From Marivivens sp. (GTDB taxonomy: Bacteria; Pseudomonadota; Alphaproteobacteria; Rhodobacterales; Rhodobacteraceae): a stretch of 64,000 bases of DNA. Location: positions 34,383-98,382 of the forward strand of contig JAHEBU010000012.1 in NCBI GenBank assembly GCA_024642115.1. The letters are read 5' to 3'. Positions 1 through 8,961 of the stretch are shown here, piece after piece (the stretch's first letter is position 1; the number at the start of each line of letters is the position of its first letter). The position numbers were made by a program, and so were the translations under genes. The notes under the pieces were generated by a model. The model was given only the letters and a program-made list of their open reading frames with translations. It did no database searches and was not told the origin of the DNA.

Positions 1-216
1 TGTGAAGGCGGTGGCGGGCTGGCCGCGTCGTTGTTGCAGGGCGGGCTGGTGGACGATCTGGTGATGTTCAGCGCCGGTCTTGCCATCGGGGCCGAAGGCA
101 CGCCGTCACTGGCTGCATTGGGGCTGGACAGGCTGGCCGAGGCGCCCCGGTTCCAGCTTGCCGATCTGGAACAGGTGGGCGCGGATGTGCTGACCCGCTG
201 GATAGCACAGCGGTAA
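1..216 (+). CDS. ribD: C-terminal end of riboflavin biosynthesis deaminase/reductase RibD (5' part outside window)
   Basis: The frame is open from the window edge to TAA at 214-216. The tail GGLVDDLVMFSAGLAIGAEGTPSL resembles a RibD reductase-domain C-terminus. The remaining rib genes follow at 5-8 kb. Confidence 0.5.
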   Translation, partial: CEGGGGLAASLLQGGLVDDLVMFSAGLAIGAEGTPSLAALGLDRLAEAPRFQLADLEQVGADVLTRWIAQR

Positions 217-226
217 ACAGCCGCAA

Positions 227-2257
227 TCACCGCCACAAATGCGCGTAGCTGGCCAATAGCCCCTGCAATTTCGCTGTTGTCCGGTTGAACCGGCCCGGAC
301 GGGGGATGTCGCCGGTCGCCAGCCGATCCACCACCACTTCGACCGGGCAGGGCAGGTTGGTCACCGGATCGTGGTAACGCGGATAGGCGATCAGCACCGC
401 GTGGACGAGCGCGGTCAAGTCGGGCGAAGCGAGGCGGCGGTCGAGCGGCGGGGCGCGATCGTCAGTTAGCCCCCATCCGGCATAAAAGGGCTGGCCCAGA
501 CAGGTGACGCGCTTGCCCCGGATCAACGCCTCGAACCCCAGAAGCGAGGTAAGGGTCCAGACCTCGTCCACCACGGACAGGGCCGTGATCGGATCGGTGC
601 GGGTCAGCACCGCATCGGCGATCCCGGCCGCCTCGGGGACGGCACCGGGGCGGAGCCCGGCCTCGACATCCGGGTGCGGTTTATACAGGATCACGGCGGC
701 GGGGTTGGCCGCGCGGGCGGCCTGCAACAGGCCCAGATTGCTATTCACATCGGGGCAGCCCAGCCGGATCGACGCGTCATCCTCGACCTGACCGGGTACA
801 AGGATGCGGCGCCCCATCGGCAGGCCGGGGGGCAGGTCGGCCCCGCCCAGATTATATTTGCTCAGCGCCTCTTTCACGATCCGGCGGATCAGGCGGTCGG
901 CCCGGTCGCGGGCGGTCTGGGGCAGGTCGACCGAGGCGGCGATCAATGCCTCGAGCCGGCTGGGACGGGTAGCATCATAGTAGATGCCCAGATCATCGCA
1001 GACGAGGCTGAGCGGGGGGATCAGGTCGGCCCCCAGCCCGCGCGACCGCAGGAACCCATCTTCGACCCGGACGGCGCCAGCAACGTCCAGATCGGACGTC
1101 GTCTTGCCCGCCCAGACCATCAGGCGACGACCTTCGGCCTTGGCGCGGGCGACGGGGGCCTTGTCGTCGAACACCACCCGCCGGGTCTGGCCGAATACCT
1201 GTTGCAGGGGCTGGCGTTTCCACAGGCGCATCCCCGTGGCGACCCAACCGGCATGATCTTCGCGCCAGGCGCGGGTTTCGGCCTCGAACCCCGCCAAAGC
1301 CTCTTCGAACGGACATAGCCGGTCGCGATAGGGGCAATACCATTTGGGATAGAGGATCATCGCGGCGGCGAAAAGTTGCGCCCGCGTCAGGCGGCGTTGA
1401 CGCCGGTCTAGCGGGGTGCGGTCATCCGTCAGGCCCCAGCCCATGTAGAACGGCTGGCCCAGAACCACGGGTTTGTGGCCTGCCAGAATGGCCTCGAACC
1501 CCATCTGCGATGACACGGTGTAAACCGCGATGGCCCCTTCGAACAGCGCCCAAGGGGAGATGGGGGCGTCGATGACGGTGATCCGGTCAGAGGCATCGGC
1601 GGCGCTGAAATAGCCCTGCCGGTGGCCCTGCGCCGACTCTGGATGGGTTTTGATGACGATGCGGGCGCCGGGGTGTTCGTCCTGCGCCAGAAACAGCAGT
1701 TCGCGGAACGTGTTGCTGTCGGCGCGGCTGGACTTGACCGACGCATCGCCGCGAGTCTGGTCGATGACAAGCACATAGCCGGCATCAGGCGGGGGCAGGG
1801 CAGGGTCCACCCCAGAATATTTGGTCAGATGACCCGTCCGCAGCCGGTCGATCCCGGCGCGGGCGCGATCCAGCAGGGGAGTGTCGTCCAGCGGGTTCTC
1901 TGTCAGCAGCCGTTCCAGATCGCTGATCGTGGCGGGGTCGAAATGCACGCCGTTCAGGTCCAGATGCAGGCCCAGTGGCGGTGCGCCATCGCGGCCCGGC
2001 AGGACCGACCGCAGAAATGCATCCTCGACCCGCAGGACCTGCGCCCCGGTCTTGTCCGCCACATATTCGCCCCGCGGGCTGGTAGGGGACTGGCCCCAGA
2101 CGCCGACCAGATCGCCGTCGCCCGGTTTGCCAAGGCTGATATCATAGCCCGAAAGTTCCAGAATGCGCCGCACCCGGCGCTGGGTCAGGAAACCGCCGTT
2201 GTAGACGTAAAGCCGCCGCAGGGTTTCCCCTGCGGCGGTATCTGTCCCGTCGGACAT
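227..2257 (-). CDS. kpsC: Capsular polysaccharide biosynthesis/export protein KpsC (duplicated Kdo-transferase-type domains)
   Basis: 676-aa ORF with two internally similar halves (e.g. GVWG..SP / VWAGKT, and PFY.GWGLTDD twice). This is typical KpsC size and architecture, and a KpsS-like paralog lies nearby. Confidence 0.8.
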   Translation of the reverse strand: MSDGTDTAAGETLRRLYVYNGGFLTQRRVRRILELSGYDISLGKPGDGDLVGVWGQSPTSPRGEYVADKTGAQVLRVEDAFLRSVLPGRDGAPPLGLHLDLNGVHFDPATISDLERLLTENPLDDTPLLDRARAGIDRLRTGHLTKYSGVDPALPPPDAGYVLVIDQTRGDASVKSSRADSNTFRELLFLAQDEHPGARIVIKTHPESAQGHRQGYFSAADASDRITVIDAPISPWALFEGAIAVYTVSSQMGFEAILAGHKPVVLGQPFYMGWGLTDDRTPLDRRQRRLTRAQLFAAAMILYPKWYCPYRDRLCPFEEALAGFEAETRAWREDHAGWVATGMRLWKRQPLQQVFGQTRRVVFDDKAPVARAKAEGRRLMVWAGKTTSDLDVAGAVRVEDGFLRSRGLGADLIPPLSLVCDDLGIYYDATRPSRLEALIAASVDLPQTARDRADRLIRRIVKEALSKYNLGGADLPPGLPMGRRILVPGQVEDDASIRLGCPDVNSNLGLLQAARAANPAAVILYKPHPDVEAGLRPGAVPEAAGIADAVLTRTDPITALSVVDEVWTLTSLLGFEALIRGKRVTCLGQPFYAGWGLTDDRAPPLDRRLASPDLTALVHAVLIAYPRYHDPVTNLPCPVEVVVDRLATGDIPRPGRFNRTTAKLQGLLASYAHLWR

Positions 2258-2261
2258 GGGA

Positions 2262-3479
2262 TCAGTTGCCGGTCAGCTGGTTCCGGGCGGCGGTGACACC
2301 CCCCAGCGATCCGGTGATCGAGGCGATGACCTTGTTGAACTGGGTCAGCGGCGCTTCGGTCACATAGACGGTGTCCTGATCGCGGATCGCGAAATCGCGG
2401 GCCATGAACATGCCGTTGGGCTTGGTCAGATCCAGCACATAGACTACCCGCTGGGTGCCGATCAGGCTGTCGTTGGCCATCAGCTGGCGGGCAATCGCCT
2501 CGGGTTCGTTGCGGAACACAAAGACGCCGGTCGGATCGGCCGAATTGGCGGTCAGGCCGCCGACCTGCGCGATGGCTTCGATGGCCGATATGGACTGGCT
2601 TTCGAACTGAACCCGGTTCTGGGTGCCGGTAGACCCAAGGGCGGTAAAGCTGCGGGTGTCCTGTTCGACGCTGATCTTGTCGCCGTTGCGCAGGGCGATG
2701 TCGTTGCCCGGATGCTGATACAGGTCGTTGAACCAGACTGACCCCGTGTGTCCGCCCCGCACGACCGTGATCTTGGCGATGTCCGGCTTGACCGACACGC
2801 CACCGGCACGGGCCAGCATGGACGACAAGGTGCGCGTGGGCCGTTCGATCGGATAGACACCCTGCGCCCCCACCGATCCCACGACCGACACGGTCGATCC
2901 ATCGCCCGCCAGACGGCGCACCTGCACCTGCGGATCGGGGGTCTGGTCCTGCAATTTTTCAGTGATCAGGCGACGGATGGCATCAGGAGAGTTGCCCGAC
3001 GCCTTGATCCGGCCCGCATAGGGGACAAAAATGAAGCCCGCTCCGTCCACCTGTACTTCGTCCAGCACTGTGGCGTTCTGACCCTGGGGGACCAGCAGGC
3101 CGTCATCGACGTTTTCCCAGATTGTCAGGCCGAGCTTGTCGCCGGGGTTGATCGTGTCCGAGCCCAGCACATCCGCGCCTTCCAAACCGGCGGCAAAACC
3201 CAGAATCTCGCTCACGCTGGCGATCTGGTTGACCCGGTCGTCCACCGTCAGGACAAATGCGTCTCCCTCGCGCAGGACTGATCCGGCATAGATTTCGTTC
3301 TTGTTGGGGCCCGACCGGGGAACGAGGGCGCAGGAGGCCACAAGGGCAACGGCCGCAACAAGGGAAAACCCTTGCGCCAGGCGCACAAACGGGGATGTCA
3401 CTGTTCGGTCTCCTCGACCTGATTGATCTGCCTCGGGTCCGCCCATGCTGGCGGTTGGGGTCAAGGTATCGGAATCCAT
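2262..3479 (-). CDS. Polysaccharide export lipoprotein (OPX / Wza-KpsD family)
   Basis: Signal peptide ending in the lipobox LVASC. The downstream sequence looks like Poly_export/SLBB domains (NPGDKLGLTIWE, GDKISV). It starts 4 nt downstream of... rather, its stop lies 4 nt from the kpsC start. The start is uncertain: TTG 3566, ATG 3479 or ATG 3446. Confidence 0.7.
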   Translation of the reverse strand: MDSDTLTPTASMGGPEADQSGRGDRTVTSPFVRLAQGFSLVAAVALVASCALVPRSGPNKNEIYAGSVLREGDAFVLTVDDRVNQIASVSEILGFAAGLEGADVLGSDTINPGDKLGLTIWENVDDGLLVPQGQNATVLDEVQVDGAGFIFVPYAGRIKASGNSPDAIRRLITEKLQDQTPDPQVQVRRLAGDGSTVSVVGSVGAQGVYPIERPTRTLSSMLARAGGVSVKPDIAKITVVRGGHTGSVWFNDLYQHPGNDIALRNGDKISVEQDTRSFTALGSTGTQNRVQFESQSISAIEAIAQVGGLTANSADPTGVFVFRNEPEAIARQLMANDSLIGTQRVVYVLDLTKPNGMFMARDFAIRDQDTVYVTEAPLTQFNKVIASITGSLGGVTAARNQLTGN

Positions 3480-3579
3480 TGCAAATTGCCAGACTTTCGT
3501 CAGGCGGTCGCTGGGTGGTCGGGTGTATGTGTTGCGATCAAGTCGCGTGCGGGGATGTGGCCGCAATCCCTAGTATGTG

Positions 3580-4878
3580 TCACGAGACAATGCGCAAGGG
3601 CTGCCGTGGCGGGGTTTTGCCGGATTTGAGCGCATCGTAAGGGTCCTGATCCGACAACATCAGATCGACCACCTCGCGCATGAGCTGCCTGCGCCCCCGG
3701 GCCGAATAGAACCCGCCGGGGATCTGGCTCGTTTCCAGCAGGAACCGGCGATAGTCCTTGTAGGCGCGGCTGTCGGGCCTGGTCGGCTGGGCAAAGAAGT
3801 CGGGCAAGGGCTGGATCGAGACGAACTGCGGCTTGGCATAGACGGCCCGGCCGAACACCTTGATCGGAATGGCCCGCCACAGCGCCTGCTGGGCGGCGGT
3901 CGAATTGACGGTGACGGCGGTGCGGGTGTGGTTGAGCAGCGGGCCCATCTTGCCCCCGCGCAGGTAATGCACCCGCGACAGCACCCCGTGTTTGCGGGCC
4001 AGATCAAAGATGATCCGGCGCAAGGGAGACCGTCCGTTTTCCAGCGGATGCGCCTTGAACACGATGTGATGGTGGGACGGGGCGCCCTTGGCAAAGCCGT
4101 CCATCACCAGTTCGACGAATTCCGACATCGACTTGAACGGCGAATGCATCAGGAAACTGGCGTCGTGTTCCAGTTGCAGCAGGACAAGGTGATAGGGAAA
4201 CCCGCCATACTTGATCCGCCTTGTGGCGATCATCCGTTCCACGGCGATAAAGGGCATCAGCAACAGTCGGCGGGTATAGAGCATCGTTTCGGTGATCAGC
4301 GGCAGGTCGCGATGACGCTGAAAATTGCGGTAGTCGCCATTCCGGAACATGACGAACCAGTGGTAGAGTGCCCCGTAAAACACATGGTGGCGCATGTCGC
4401 CCCAGTGGGTCGGCGGTTCGGGGACGTCCAGATCGGAAAATTCCAGCGCCTTTTTCATGTCGTCCACAGTCAGGTCCATCAGGCGGCTGTTGCCGTTGGA
4501 CCCACCCCGTTCATAGGTCACCCAGTAGGGGCGCAGATAGCCTTCCTCGAACACATGGACAGTCAGACCGGCCGCCCGGGCATGGGTGATGGCCTGCGCA
4601 TGGATCGGGCGGGTATCGCCATAAAGGACAATATCGGTGATCTGGTGAACCGCGACCAGCGCGGCAAAGGTCTGCGCCCAGTCCTCGGCCTTGCCACGAT
4701 AGGGGATATAGCCCGGCCCGCCGAACCAGAACGCCCGGTCGCCCGCGTTGAATCCCACGCGCCAGACCTGCGTTCCGGCGGCACGCAGCATCTTGGCGAG
4801 TCGGGAAAAGAACGGCCCGTGCGGTCCCTGAAGGAACAGAAATCGTCTGTCGCCCTGATCCGCCACTGTCCGCCTCAC
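3580..4878 (-). CDS. kpsS: Capsular polysaccharide biosynthesis protein KpsS
   Basis: 432-aa ORF with N-terminus RRFLFLQGPHGPFF and the same family signature as the KpsC halves. It clusters with kpsC and the OPX gene. Confidence 0.8.
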   Translation of the reverse strand: MRRTVADQGDRRFLFLQGPHGPFFSRLAKMLRAAGTQVWRVGFNAGDRAFWFGGPGYIPYRGKAEDWAQTFAALVAVHQITDIVLYGDTRPIHAQAITHARAAGLTVHVFEEGYLRPYWVTYERGGSNGNSRLMDLTVDDMKKALEFSDLDVPEPPTHWGDMRHHVFYGALYHWFVMFRNGDYRNFQRHRDLPLITETMLYTRRLLLMPFIAVERMIATRRIKYGGFPYHLVLLQLEHDASFLMHSPFKSMSEFVELVMDGFAKGAPSHHHIVFKAHPLENGRSPLRRIIFDLARKHGVLSRVHYLRGGKMGPLLNHTRTAVTVNSTAAQQALWRAIPIKVFGRAVYAKPQFVSIQPLPDFFAQPTRPDSRAYKDYRRFLLETSQIPGGFYSARGRRQLMREVVDLMLSDQDPYDALKSGKTPPRQPLRIVS

Positions 4879-5046
4879 GCGCCCATGGTCCCTTTCGCCA
4901 CTTTTGGCATCAAATGGTTAACGCCCGGTTCCGGCGAAAATAAGGCATGGCGGCGAACTGCCAACCCAAACGCGTCGTCACACGGGCCAGCCTTGTCTGA
5001 CCGCGATCCAGCCGCTAGGTCAGGGGAATACTGAAAGGGGGCCGTC

Positions 5047-5643
5047 ATGTTCACCGGCATAATCACCGATATGGGCGAAATCCTTGACCTTGACCAGCGG
5101 GGGGATCTGCGCGTGCGGATCGGCACCCGCTATGACGTGGGCGGGATCGACATGGGCGCCTCGATCGCCTGCGACGGGGTCTGTCTGACGGTCGTTGGGC
5201 TGGGCCAGGGCAACACAGGATGGTTTCAGGCCGAAGTCAGCGCCGAGACGATTTCCAAGACCAATCTGGGCGAATGGCAGGTGGGCAAACGCATCAACCT
5301 GGAACGCCCGCTGCGCGTTGGGGACGAATTGGGCGGGCATATCGTGTCGGGCCATGTGGACGGGGTGGCGCAGGTGGTGGGAATGCGGGACGAGGGCGAC
5401 AGCACCCGTGTCACCTTTCGCGCACCGCAGACGCTCGCCCGGTTCATCGCGCCCAAGGGGTCGGTGGCGCTCAACGGCACCTCCCTGACCGTCAACGAAG
5501 TCAACGACTGTGAATTTGGCATCAACTTTATCCCCCACACCAAACAGCACACCACCTGGGGCGAGGTGTCGGTGGGGGACCTCGCCAACCTCGAGATCGA
5601 CACCATGGCCCGCTATGTGGCTCGCCTGCGGGAATGGGAATGA
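5047..5643 (+). CDS. ribE: Riboflavin synthase (alpha chain)
   Basis: The N-terminus MFTGIITDMGEI and the duplicated lumazine-binding repeats (second repeat GHIVSGHVDG) are characteristic. 198 aa. Confidence 0.9.
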   Translation: MFTGIITDMGEILDLDQRGDLRVRIGTRYDVGGIDMGASIACDGVCLTVVGLGQGNTGWFQAEVSAETISKTNLGEWQVGKRINLERPLRVGDELGGHIVSGHVDGVAQVVGMRDEGDSTRVTFRAPQTLARFIAPKGSVALNGTSLTVNEVNDCEFGINFIPHTKQHTTWGEVSVGDLANLEIDTMARYVARLREWE

Positions 5644-6209
5644 CGCCGGGCATCGGTCACAACAACGGCCCCACGTCCGAGGCGGGGGAAAGCTGGCGCC
5701 GCTTTGCCTGGACCCGGGCGCGGGCCGACCTGCTGCCCACCCTGCCGATCGAGGTGGTGCGCCTGCGGGTCAGACGGGCGCAGGCGCTGGGCCTGCCTTA
5801 CAAGACCTATGCCTCGGTCCGGGCCAGCACGGGCCATGACCTGATCGGGTTCCTGTTTTCGTCCAACGCGCTGGCGCTTTTGCGGTCCGAGGCATTGCCG
5901 CAAGACCGCGCCGCCAAACTGGCCACCGTACAGGCCGCGCGGCACGCTCTGGTTCACCGGCCCCTGCTGCCCGACCGGGTTGCCCTGAACCCGCAGATTG
6001 ACGCCGCCCATGCCGCCCCCCGCTTTGCCGAAAGCTGGTCTGCGATGCGCGATACGCTGCGTGACCTGATCGTCAGCACCGGCTCGCCCGCCGATCGCTG
6101 GCTGGTGGTAGGCGAAACGGCATTCGAGCGGGACTGGGCCGAGGCCGCCAAGGCGGCCGGCTTCTTGTCTGGCGAGGCGTATTTCGGCGCCGACAGGAGG
6201 GTGGGTTGA
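5640..6209 (+). CDS. Hypothetical protein embedded in the rib operon
   Basis: The ATG at 5640 overlaps the ribE TGA (ATGA). Codon bias matches the neighbours. I recognise no motif (N-terminus MTPGIGHNNGP). The stop codon lies inside a palindromic repeat. Confidence 0.55.
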   Translation: MTPGIGHNNGPTSEAGESWRRFAWTRARADLLPTLPIEVVRLRVRRAQALGLPYKTYASVRASTGHDLIGFLFSSNALALLRSEALPQDRAAKLATVQAARHALVHRPLLPDRVALNPQIDAAHAAPRFAESWSAMRDTLRDLIVSTGSPADRWLVVGETAFERDWAEAAKAAGFLSGEAYFGADRRVG

Positions 6210-6217
6210 AACCCACC
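6200..6217. repeat. Palindromic repeat copy (GGTGGGTT-GA-AACCCACC)
   Basis: Perfect 8+8 inverted repeat with the right flank CTTAC of the family consensus. It contains the TGA (6207-6209) of the preceding ORF. Confidence 0.7.
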
Positions 6218-6330
6218 TTACAGAGCCGCGCACATCCGCTGTTCGGCCCTCGACCAAACGTCGCTGCCTGATGCCCTTTCCAAGTCGGGGTTGAACCGCT
6301 ATCTGGCGTTCAACCAACGTCGAGGACGAC

Positions 6331-7461
6331 ATGACCCAACCTTTTGAATCCCCCGGCCCCGTCGAAAAGGACTGGTCGGACGCCATCAGCAGCGTCGAGG
6401 AAATCATCAACGACGCCCGCAATGGCCGGATGTTCATTCTGGTGGACCACGAGGACCGCGAGAACGAGGGCGATCTGGTGATCCCGGCGCAGATGGCCAC
6501 TCCCGACGCGATCAACTTCATGGCGACGCACGGGCGCGGGCTGATCTGCCTGACCCTGACCGGCGAACGGATCGACCAGCTTGGCCTGCCGCTCATGGCG
6601 TCGCAGAATTCGTCGCGGCACGAAACCGCGTTTACCGTGTCGATCGAGGCCCGGGACGGGATCGAGACGGGAATTTCGGCCCATGACCGCGCGCGCACCG
6701 TTTCGGTGGCCATCGACGCCTCCAAGGGGCCACAGGACATCGCCACCCCCGGTCACCTGTTCCCGCTGCGCGCCCGCGATGGCGGTGTGCTGGTCAGGGC
6801 CGGACACACCGAGGCCGCCGTCGATATCAGCCGCCTTGCCGGGCTGAATCCCTCGGGCGTGATCTGCGAAGTCATGAAAGACGACGGGACGATGGCCCGC
6901 CTGCCTGACCTCATCGCCTTTGCCCAAAAACACAACCTCAAGATCGGCACGATTTCCGACCTGATCGCCTATCGCCGCCGTCACGACAACCTCGTCAAGG
7001 TGCGCCAGAAACAGACCATCACCAGCGAGTTCGGTGGCGATTGGGAAATGCGCATCTACACCGATGAAACCCAAGGGGCCGAACATATCGCGCTGATCAA
7101 GGGCGACATCAGCACGCCTGACCCGGTGCTGGTCAGGATGCACGCGCTTGACCCGATGCTCGATGTGGTCGGAACCGGCCCACGGGGCCGCGCCCGCGAA
7201 TTTGGCGATGCGATGACCCTGATCGCCGCCGAAGGGCGGGGCGTTCTGGTCCTGCTGCGCGATGTGCACATGAAACTCGCCGCGCAGGAAGAAGTCTCAC
7301 CCCAGACCCTGCGGCAATACGGGCTGGGCGCGCAGATCCTGTCGTCGCTCGGCCTGCACCAGATCATCCTGATGACCAATTCGCCCAAGCCCAAGGTTGT
7401 CGGGCTCGAGGCCTATGGCCTGGAAATCACCGGCACTCGCAAGATATCGGAGATCGGATGA
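6331..7461 (+). CDS. ribB: 3,4-dihydroxy-2-butanone-4-phosphate synthase fused to a degenerate GTP-cyclohydrolase-II-like domain (RibBX type)
   Basis: The DRENEGDL and HTEA motifs are present in the N-terminal half. The C-terminal half aligns in layout with RibA but contains no cysteine. Confidence 0.9.
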   Translation: MTQPFESPGPVEKDWSDAISSVEEIINDARNGRMFILVDHEDRENEGDLVIPAQMATPDAINFMATHGRGLICLTLTGERIDQLGLPLMASQNSSRHETAFTVSIEARDGIETGISAHDRARTVSVAIDASKGPQDIATPGHLFPLRARDGGVLVRAGHTEAAVDISRLAGLNPSGVICEVMKDDGTMARLPDLIAFAQKHNLKIGTISDLIAYRRRHDNLVKVRQKQTITSEFGGDWEMRIYTDETQGAEHIALIKGDISTPDPVLVRMHALDPMLDVVGTGPRGRAREFGDAMTLIAAEGRGVLVLLRDVHMKLAAQEEVSPQTLRQYGLGAQILSSLGLHQIILMTNSPKPKVVGLEAYGLEITGTRKISEIG

Positions 7462-7997
7462 TGGCCGGACAATCACATTACACGCTGGAGCGTCCCACTT
7501 TTGACAAGCCGGTCAAGATGCTGATCGTCGTGGCCCCCTACTACAAGGACATCGCCGACCAGCTCATCGCCGGCGCCCGGGCCGAGATCGAGGCGGCAGG
7601 CGCCACCCACGAGATGGTCGATGTGCCCGGTGCATTGGAAGTGCCCACAGCCATTGGCATCGCCAGCCGGATGAGCAATTTCGACGGCTTCGTGGCCCTT
7701 GGCTGCGTGATCCGGGGTGAAACCACCCATTACGACACCGTCTGCAATGATTCCAGCCGCGCCCTGCAACTGCTGGGCCTTCAGGGGATCTGCATCGGCA
7801 ATGGCATCCTGACGGTGGAAAACCATGATCAGGCCGCCGTGCGGGCCGACGCGATGGGGCAGAACAAGGGGGGCGGGGCCGCCGCTGCGGCCTTGCACCT
7901 GATCGCGCTCAGCCGTAAGTGGGGCCGCGCCGACAAGGGTATCGGCTTTACAAGGGATATTCTGCTGGCCCGCGAGGGCGGCAGCGGCACCGCATGA
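7458..7997 (+). CDS. ribH: 6,7-dimethyl-8-ribityllumazine synthase
   Basis: ATGA overlap with ribB. Lumazine synthase-like core (VPGALEVP, GETTHYD). 179 aa. Confidence 0.9.
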   Translation: MMAGQSHYTLERPTFDKPVKMLIVVAPYYKDIADQLIAGARAEIEAAGATHEMVDVPGALEVPTAIGIASRMSNFDGFVALGCVIRGETTHYDTVCNDSSRALQLLGLQGICIGNGILTVENHDQAAVRADAMGQNKGGGAAAAALHLIALSRKWGRADKGIGFTRDILLAREGGSGTA

Positions 7998-8461
7998 CCA
8001 TTTCCAACAACCAGCTGCGCAAGATGAAATCGGCGTCCCGGCTTTATGCCGTCCAGGCACTGTTCCAGATGGAATCCTCGGGGCAAACCGTCGAATCCAT
8101 CACGCGCGAATTCGAAACCCACCGCTTTGGCGCCGTCTATGACGAGGACGAGATGCAGGAGGGGGACGTGGACACGTTCCGCGGCCTGATCGACACCGCC
8201 GTCAACCATCAGGCCCGGATCGACCAGATGACCGACCGGGCGCTGGTGGCCAAATGGCCGCTGGGCCGGATCGACCCGACCCTGCGGGCGCTGTTCCGGG
8301 CCGCCGGGGCGGAACTGATTGATGCCGCGACCCCGCCGCGCGTAGTGATCACCGAATTCGTGCAGGTGGCGCAGGCGTTCTTTCCTGAAGGCAAGGAAAG
8401 CAAATTTGTCAACGCGGTGCTGGATCACATGGCGCACGAGGCGCGTCCCGACGGGTTCTGA
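7994..8461 (+). CDS. nusB: Transcription antitermination factor NusB
   Basis: The internal ATG at 7994 overlaps the ribH TGA (ATGA). SRLYAVQALFQME is NusB-like. The longer ORF from 7919 would overlap ribH. Confidence 0.9.
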   Translation: MTISNNQLRKMKSASRLYAVQALFQMESSGQTVESITREFETHRFGAVYDEDEMQEGDVDTFRGLIDTAVNHQARIDQMTDRALVAKWPLGRIDPTLRALFRAAGAELIDAATPPRVVITEFVQVAQAFFPEGKESKFVNAVLDHMAHEARPDGF

Positions 8462-8523
8462 CTCGCCTGCGACTTCCTGCGCCTTGCCCCGCGCGGGGAT
8501 CGGGCGCACAGTGGAGGTGACCC

Positions 8524-8883
8524 GTGCCTGACCACAGGACCCCCATGCCTCGACTGATCCGCCTTTACATCCGCCATGTCCTGATCGGCTTTGGCCTTGC
8601 CGGAGTGCTGACTGTCGCGTTGATCTGGTTCGATGTGGCCCATCTGCGGCACCTTGTGACGCATACCGAGGCTGGTCCGCTTGCCGTGGGGCTGCTCTGG
8701 CTGTTCAACGGCCTAGTGTTTGCCGGGGTTCAGTTCGGCATCGCCGTCATGTCCATGGCTGAACCCCAAGATGACGATCCGGCGGGCGGCCTTGGCCAGC
8801 GGGTCCATCATGCCGCAGCGCCGCAACCGTGGACCGTTGCTGTGGGGCCATCGCGCGACCGTCCCCGGCGTTCGCACTGGTAA
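8524..8883 (+). CDS. Hypothetical membrane protein (2 predicted TM helices)
   Basis: 119-aa ORF with two hydrophobic stretches and no recognisable motif. The start is uncertain (M1 or M8). Confidence 0.45.
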   Translation: MPDHRTPMPRLIRLYIRHVLIGFGLAGVLTVALIWFDVAHLRHLVTHTEAGPLAVGLLWLFNGLVFAGVQFGIAVMSMAEPQDDDPAGGLGQRVHHAAAPQPWTVAVGPSRDRPRRSHW

Positions 8884-8897
8884 GGAGGCGATCGGTT

Positions 8898-8911
8898 TCC
8901 TACATGTAGGA
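8898..8911. promoter_or_regulatory. Perfect 14-bp palindrome TCCTACATGTAGGA upstream of hdeD
   Basis: Read directly from the sequence, about 50 nt upstream of the hdeD ATG. Candidate operator. Confidence 0.3.
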
Positions 8912-8961
8912 CAGGCCTTGCCCGACACGGGCCGGGCACCGACTGACCGAGGAACCCGATC

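Noticed and set aside
3577-5034. 485-aa + strand ORF opposite kpsS. Similar long shadows occur at 6310-7269 (-), 21773-22975 (-), 23141-24418 (-), 39161-40504 (+), 45627-46673 (-), 53527-54765 (+), 55600-56523 (+) and 60830-61597 (+).
   Set aside because: All are antisense to genes with clear family signatures and have Arg/Gly/Pro-rich, motif-free translations. I treat them as GC-bias artefacts.
4879-5046. Looked for an FMN (RFN) riboswitch upstream of ribE, and also at 6210-6330 upstream of ribB
   Set aside because: Neither region contains the conserved RFN core segments as I know them (for example the ...AGGGCGGGGC.. / ..CCGACGGT.AAAGTCCGGATG.. type). Only a simple GGTTGAAC/GTTCAACC hairpin (6289-6315) is present before ribB.
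7919-7993. Longer NusB start at 7919
   Set aside because: It would overlap ribH by 79 nt. The ATG at 7994 forms an ATGA junction with the ribH stop, and the conserved NusB sequence starts there.
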